IMG/VR virus record: IMGVR_UViG_3300020045_002243
Span: 1 to 25,550 of that record
Source of the DNA: a virus
Lineage: Duplodnaviria > Caudoviricetes
Strand: one strand, 5' to 3'
DNA length: 25,550 nucleotides
Position numbers and translations under genes: made by a program
Shown here: positions 24,062 through 25,550 of the stretch, in pieces
Layout: each line of letters opens with the position of its first letter
Position numbering within the stretch: position 1 is the first letter of the stretch
The notes under the pieces: generated by a model
Database searches by the model: none
The model's input: only the letters and a program-made list of their open reading frames with translations
Told to the model about the DNA's origin: nothing

Positions 24062-25550
24062 ATGAAAAAAATACTTTTTTTACTATTACTTATCACATCG
24101 GTTTCTTACGGTCAACAAGCAACTTTAGCTAAGAAACTAAAGATATTAGAAAATGTTTTAAGCTCAAGTACTGCAAAAATAAATACACAAGAAACTAACG
24201 GAGAAATAAATCATATTCCTGCTACAAGTTTACCTATATCTACAGCTACTGCAAACGCTTTAGATTTACGCACAGAAAATTCATCTGGAGCAATTCAAGG
24301 TTTTGCAATTACAAATAATGGAGATGGTACAGTAAACATTGCTACAGGTACGGCTTATTTACGTACAACTAACGACCCTTATAGTCCGTTAATAAAATAT
24401 GTTATTCCTGCCGTTACTAATTTGGCATTAACAGACAATGCAAATAATTTTGTATTAGTTGATTATAATGGGGGAACGCCTGCTTTAACTGTTACGATTT
24501 CATCAGGAACAATAAACACAACTACAAATTCAATAGCCTATGTTATTTCAAGAGTTGGAACCACTTTAGACTATATTAGTTTAGTGGGTCAAAATGTAGA
24601 TGCTAACGGTAAATTAAGACGTAGATTTTTAAATAGTGAGGGTTTAAGACGTGCACAAGGAGCTGTTTTAACAGGGTCTAATAGAAACTTATTGCTAACA
24701 GCTGGATTATATTATTCTGGATTAATTGAAGTGCCTACGCCTGCTTTTAACACATCTACTGTAAGCACGTTTACACAAGCTTATATTAATGGAGCTTGGG
24801 TTAGAACAACAGGAAATACTCAAATAAACAATACTCAGTATAGTCTATCAGGGGTTTTAACGACTATGCCAACAAACGATTATAGAGTAGATTACGTTTA
24901 TATTTTAGCCGACAATCCTAGTAAATTATATGTATTATTAGGCTCAACAACTTATGCAAATATTAACGACGCTCGTTTAGCTCCAGTTCCGACAGCATTA
25001 CCAAGTGAGTTACAATTTTTAGGTACAAGAGTTGGTCGTGTTATTATTAGAAAAGATGCTTTAACAATGGAGGTATCAAGCGAATTTGCAACCATATATC
25101 AAGCAGGAAGCGCAACACTGCATAATGATTTAGGAGGTCTTAATTTGGGTGATTTTCAACATTTAACAGCTACAGAAAAAACAAATTTAGAATATATAAC
25201 AAATAAATCAACTAATTTCACTACAATAAACAATACTTTATATCCAAGTGTTCAAGCGACTAAAACATACGTTGACAGCCAAAACTTGCAAACAATAACT
25301 AATAATGGGAATTTAACAACCAACAATATATCTGTAGGCACAGTTCCTACTCAAATTAGTAAGTTGATTTTTATAGGAGACAGTAATGCAGTTGGTTATG
25401 GATTAAGCGATGTTTCGACCCGATATACCACTTTATTGTGTGCACAATTAAAATGTACAGAGGTTAATAATGCTATCACTGGCATGACGATGCAAGATGG
25501 TGCTCCCGCTGGTATTGGGGGGTCTATTTTAAACAATCTTTCATTAATAC
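24062..25550 (+). CDS. Fibre/spike-like protein with Sec signal peptide and SGNH/GDSL hydrolase domain (3' truncated)
   Basis: Open to the window end by manual translation. MKKILFLLLLITSVSYG|Q; Thr/Asn-rich body; YPSVQATKTYVD and LQTITNNGN fibre-type motifs; FIGDSNAVGYG block I in frame (GDS at 25376-25384). Confidence 0.75.
   Translation, partial: MKKILFLLLLITSVSYGQQATLAKKLKILENVLSSSTAKINTQETNGEINHIPATSLPISTATANALDLRTENSSGAIQGFAITNNGDGTVNIATGTAYLRTTNDPYSPLIKYVIPAVTNLALTDNANNFVLVDYNGGTPALTVTISSGTINTTTNSIAYVISRVGTTLDYISLVGQNVDANGKLRRRFLNSEGLRRAQGAVLTGSNRNLLLTAGLYYSGLIEVPTPAFNTSTVSTFTQAYINGAWVRTTGNTQINNTQYSLSGVLTTMPTNDYRVDYVYILADNPSKLYVLLGSTTYANINDARLAPVPTALPSELQFLGTRVGRVIIRKDALTMEVSSEFATIYQAGSATLHNDLGGLNLGDFQHLTATEKTNLEYITNKSTNFTTINNTLYPSVQATKTYVDSQNLQTITNNGNLTTNNISVGTVPTQISKLIFIGDSNAVGYGLSDVSTRYTTLLCAQLKCTEVNNAITGMTMQDGAPAGIGGSILNNLSLI

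Noticed and set aside
1-25550. Integrase, lysis cassette, reverse transcriptase/DGR, stop-codon recoding
   Set aside because: No matching motifs seen; long genes are intact under the standard code. Lifestyle cannot be determined from this window.

Overview
A 25.5 kb, very AT-rich, all-plus-strand segment of a tailed dsDNA phage or prophage, probably siphovirus-like and infecting Flavobacteriia/Bacteroidota. The host call rests on TAnnTTTG promoters, A-rich SD-less start contexts, a BACON domain and signal peptides ending before Gln. Gene order: replication initiator with internal iterons, RecA-like AAA ATPase, RusA, many small accessory ORFs, a tRNA-like element, an ECF-type sigma factor, TerS/TerL, a tail module (frameshifting chaperone, terminator, neck, tip proteins, tape measure), an accessory island, protease/scaffold, major capsid, tail tube, portal, head-tail adaptor, a T4 gp9/gp10-like stub, and a truncated signal-peptide-bearing fibre/SGNH esterase. 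The most notable signal is a solitary 302-bp integron-type cassette (2151-2452). It carries a Bacteroidota-style attC and its ORF starts inside the attC and points away from it. It is inserted at a G|TT core of a site that has a near-identical, empty second copy at 4872-4902, suggesting dispersed phage attI-like docking sites with no integrase in the window. Other notable signals: three identically spaced AAATACA-N13-ACGTT-N8-ATG late promoters (near-leaderless), Fur-box-like palindromes at two host-type promoters, an anticodon-defective tRNA mimic in front of the sigma gene, and a possible switchable RNA leader before the replication genes. All calls are by eye; no database searches were run.
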